A stretch of 64,000 nucleotides of DNA from NCBI GenBank assembly GCA_040754455.1, contig JBFMCP010000004.1:1-64000 (forward strand), given 5' to 3'. The position numbers and the translations under genes are program-made. Shown in pieces: positions 61,899 through 64,000 of the stretch. The DNA is from Nitrospirota bacterium (GTDB lineage Bacteria > Nitrospirota > Thermodesulfovibrionia > Thermodesulfovibrionales > Dissulfurispiraceae). The notes under the pieces are model-generated. The model did not search any database. It was not told the origin of the DNA and saw nothing but the letters and a program-made list of their open reading frames with translations. Numbering within the stretch: the stretch's first letter is position 1; every line of letters begins with the position of its first letter.

Positions 61899-62036
61899 GG
61901 AAGCAGGGGGCACAGTATGTTCGTCTCATTCTCGCAAGGCATCCAGCCTTGCTGCGAGGCTCCGCCAGCCCGCTCCGCCGTCCATGACTACTCCTGGGCT
62001 GCCGAAGCCGCTCACATACTGTGCACCCCTGCCTCC
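61899..62036. repeat. 138-bp element with terminal inverted repeats and internal hairpins
   Basis: GGAAGCAGGGG-GCACAGTATGT versus ACATACTGTGCACCCCTGCCTCC; inner stems GCAAGGC/GCCTTGC and CAGCCC/GGGCTG. Confidence 0.75.
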
Positions 62037-62085
62037 TAATGAGATAGGTTCTAGCGGGAATGCAAAGAAAAGCACAACAAAAGAT

Positions 62086-62511
62086 ATGAGCACAGCTTTC
62101 AAGATATGCATCGCAGGACTTGTTGTCCTCCTTATCATACCGCTGGCGTCGGCATTCGCAGAGTCCGATGTCAAAGAGGGGTATGACGAGAATACCGAGA
62201 TAACGATGAGGGGAAAGATTACAGAAATCGTGCAGGAGAGGAGAGGGCCTGTTATCGTTCGGCTTAAATCCGGAAACAAAACCTATGCGGTGGTTACCGC
62301 CCCCCCCTGGCATCTGGAGAGCGAGCGGGCCGCCTTTACTCCAGGCTCGGAAATAGAAGTGAGAGGTTCCAAATATTTCGGAAGAGACGGTGCTCTCTAT
62401 ATTGTAGCAAGGCACCTGAAGGATCTCGCGACAGGCAGGGTGATCACCTTGAGAGACTCATCGTGCAAACCGATGTGGATGCATCGCGGACATCCCCGGC
62501 TCCGGCCCTGA
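62086..62511 (+). CDS. exported OB-fold-like protein
   Basis: Signal peptide, YDENTEITMRGKI, APPW.L, G.EIEVRGS, TLRD...PMW. Confidence 0.65.
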   Translation: MSTAFKICIAGLVVLLIIPLASAFAESDVKEGYDENTEITMRGKITEIVQERRGPVIVRLKSGNKTYAVVTAPPWHLESERAAFTPGSEIEVRGSKYFGRDGALYIVARHLKDLATGRVITLRDSSCKPMWMHRGHPRLRP

Positions 62512-62767
62512 TATATCTTCAACGAAATACCCTTTCTCCTCAAAACCCGCCTACGTTTCCAATGCTTTTCTAGCTCGCTACTGCTTGTCGGGGGAGGTGT
62601 GAGTAAAGAACACAAAATATGATATAGTATTATCCCGTATTTTGACGCGATGCATTGATTCAAGATTGTTTTCAAAAAAGACGAAAAAGAAGGAGATGGC
62701 AATTCTCTTTTTAAATAAATCAAAGCCTCGGGGGCTGAAGAATACAGCGTGAAAGGGTAAACGAGGT

Positions 62768-64000
62768 ATGTCTATTCAGAAACCAGCCCTCAAAATCGGT
62801 GATCTGCTCATCAAAAACGGCCTCATCAGCGAGAGCCAGCTTCAGGAAGCATTAGCCCGCCAGAAAGAGTTGAAGGAGAAAGGTGAAGTCGCCCTTCTGG
62901 GGAATGTCCTCGTGGAGATGAAGATCCTTACGGCAACACAGCTTTTGAAATTCCTTCACCGGCATGCGATAAAACCTCCCCTCGGTGAGATATTGCTGCT
63001 TGATAAAAAGATAACGAAAAGAGACCTGGCGAACGCCCTTGCATTGCAGGAACGTTATCCCGACAGAAAGCTGGGAGATATACTCATCAATGATCTCAAA
63101 GTAATCAGTGATGATGTGCTGACCGCTGCCATAGCAAAACAGAACGATATCTCAAGAATCAAACCGGCGATATCAGATGTCGATCCAGACGTGCTCTTTG
63201 CCTTCAGCAAGGAAACTCTGTTGAGCAATATGTTTGTTCCGTACAAGAAAATCGAGACGGAAAACGGGGAGATTAGCTGCCAGATCCTCATTTCCACGCC
63301 GGGGAGGGGTGATCTGCGGAAGATCGAAGATATGGTGGGCGCCGCAATTGTACGGGCACAGAGATCGAACGGAGCATCCGCTTCAGGCAACGGCGCTCAA
63401 CCGAAGAAGGTACAGTTCGAGTATGCGCTTGCAAGTGCGGACGAAATACGGACGTTCATTGCCACCGTATTCGAGCAAAAGGAAGCAATAAGCTTCTCCC
63501 GCAAGGTCAATGTCGAGGCCAACGAGGCAAGCAACATATTAATGATTGGCAGCAAGTACTATTCGACGAACTCCAACCTCAATATCTTCATGCAGATACT
63601 CATGAAGGCCCTGGACGCCGGAGCTTCCGATGTTCATATCGAACCGATGCGGGATCGGTTGCAGATCCGTTTCAGGATAGACGGGGTATTGATCAGGCAG
63701 CCTGATCTGCCCAAGACATTGAACAGCGTTTTTGTTAGAGGTCTCAAGAATTTCTTCAGGATGAAGGATTCCCATATGCTCAATGTTATTCTCGACGGTA
63801 GGAAGAGCGTGCTGTACAGCGATAAGAATGTAGAGGCTGACCTCAGGATCTCCGTGTTGCCCACGCTCTTCGGCGACAAGATGGTCGTGAGAATCCTCGT
63901 GCAGAATAAAGAAGTGCCCACGTTTGAGAAGCTCGGCATGTGCAAGAACATTCTCAAGAAATACAAAATGGTCTGCTCCTCTTCATCAGGGATTGTGATC
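62768..64000 (+). CDS. GspE/PilB-family secretion/pilus ATPase, partial
   Basis: Not in ORF track. Manual translation MSIQKPALKIGDLLIKNGLISESQLQEALARQ..., ASDVHIEP, RFRIDGVL, LRISVLPTLFGDKMVVRIL. Confidence 0.9.
   Translation, partial: MSIQKPALKIGDLLIKNGLISESQLQEALARQKELKEKGEVALLGNVLVEMKILTATQLLKFLHRHAIKPPLGEILLLDKKITKRDLANALALQERYPDRKLGDILINDLKVISDDVLTAAIAKQNDISRIKPAISDVDPDVLFAFSKETLLSNMFVPYKKIETENGEISCQILISTPGRGDLRKIEDMVGAAIVRAQRSNGASASGNGAQPKKVQFEYALASADEIRTFIATVFEQKEAISFSRKVNVEANEASNILMIGSKYYSTNSNLNIFMQILMKALDAGASDVHIEPMRDRLQIRFRIDGVLIRQPDLPKTLNSVFVRGLKNFFRMKDSHMLNVILDGRKSVLYSDKNVEADLRISVLPTLFGDKMVVRILVQNKEVPTFEKLGMCKNILKKYKMVCSSSSGIVI

Overview
Bacterial chromosomal window, probably from an anaerobic Nitrospirota/Thermodesulfovibrio-like organism (inferred from gene content and the tmRNA tag ANNELALAA). 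(1) 1-21.7 kb, minus strand: a 23-gene anaerobic cobamide operon under a cobalamin riboswitch (cobU-cobT-cobS-cobC-cobQ-cbiB-cobD-cbiA-cbiX/C-cbiMNQO-cobO-cbiD-cbiET-cbiL-HD-cbiF-cbiG/H-BPL_N-like-bzaF-like). It has two uncharacterised members and no cbiJ. (2) 22-26.5 kb: an arsenosugar-type cluster with an ArsS radical SAM/ArsM methyltransferase fusion, two glycosyltransferase-like genes and a DedA protein. (3) 26.7-31.9 kb: a Tat-exported, Asp-ligand DMSO-reductase-family Mo enzyme with FeS, NrfD and chaperone subunits. (4) HDOD and LTA-synthase-like genes, then tmRNA-smpB, aat-clpA-clpS, hfq, guaBA, ispA-dxs-tlyA, ornithine decarboxylase-speE and CIRCE-hrcA-grpE-dnaK-dnaJ-rsmE. (5) A sigma54 two-component system with its probable Spy/ZraP-like target, gene remnants and a partial GspE/PilB ATPase. 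Superimposed are degenerate 7/8/9-mer tandem arrays, found as inverted pairs between genes and as in-frame insertions inside enzymes, plus a family of long inverted-repeat elements. All calls come from reading motifs by eye; no searches were run.
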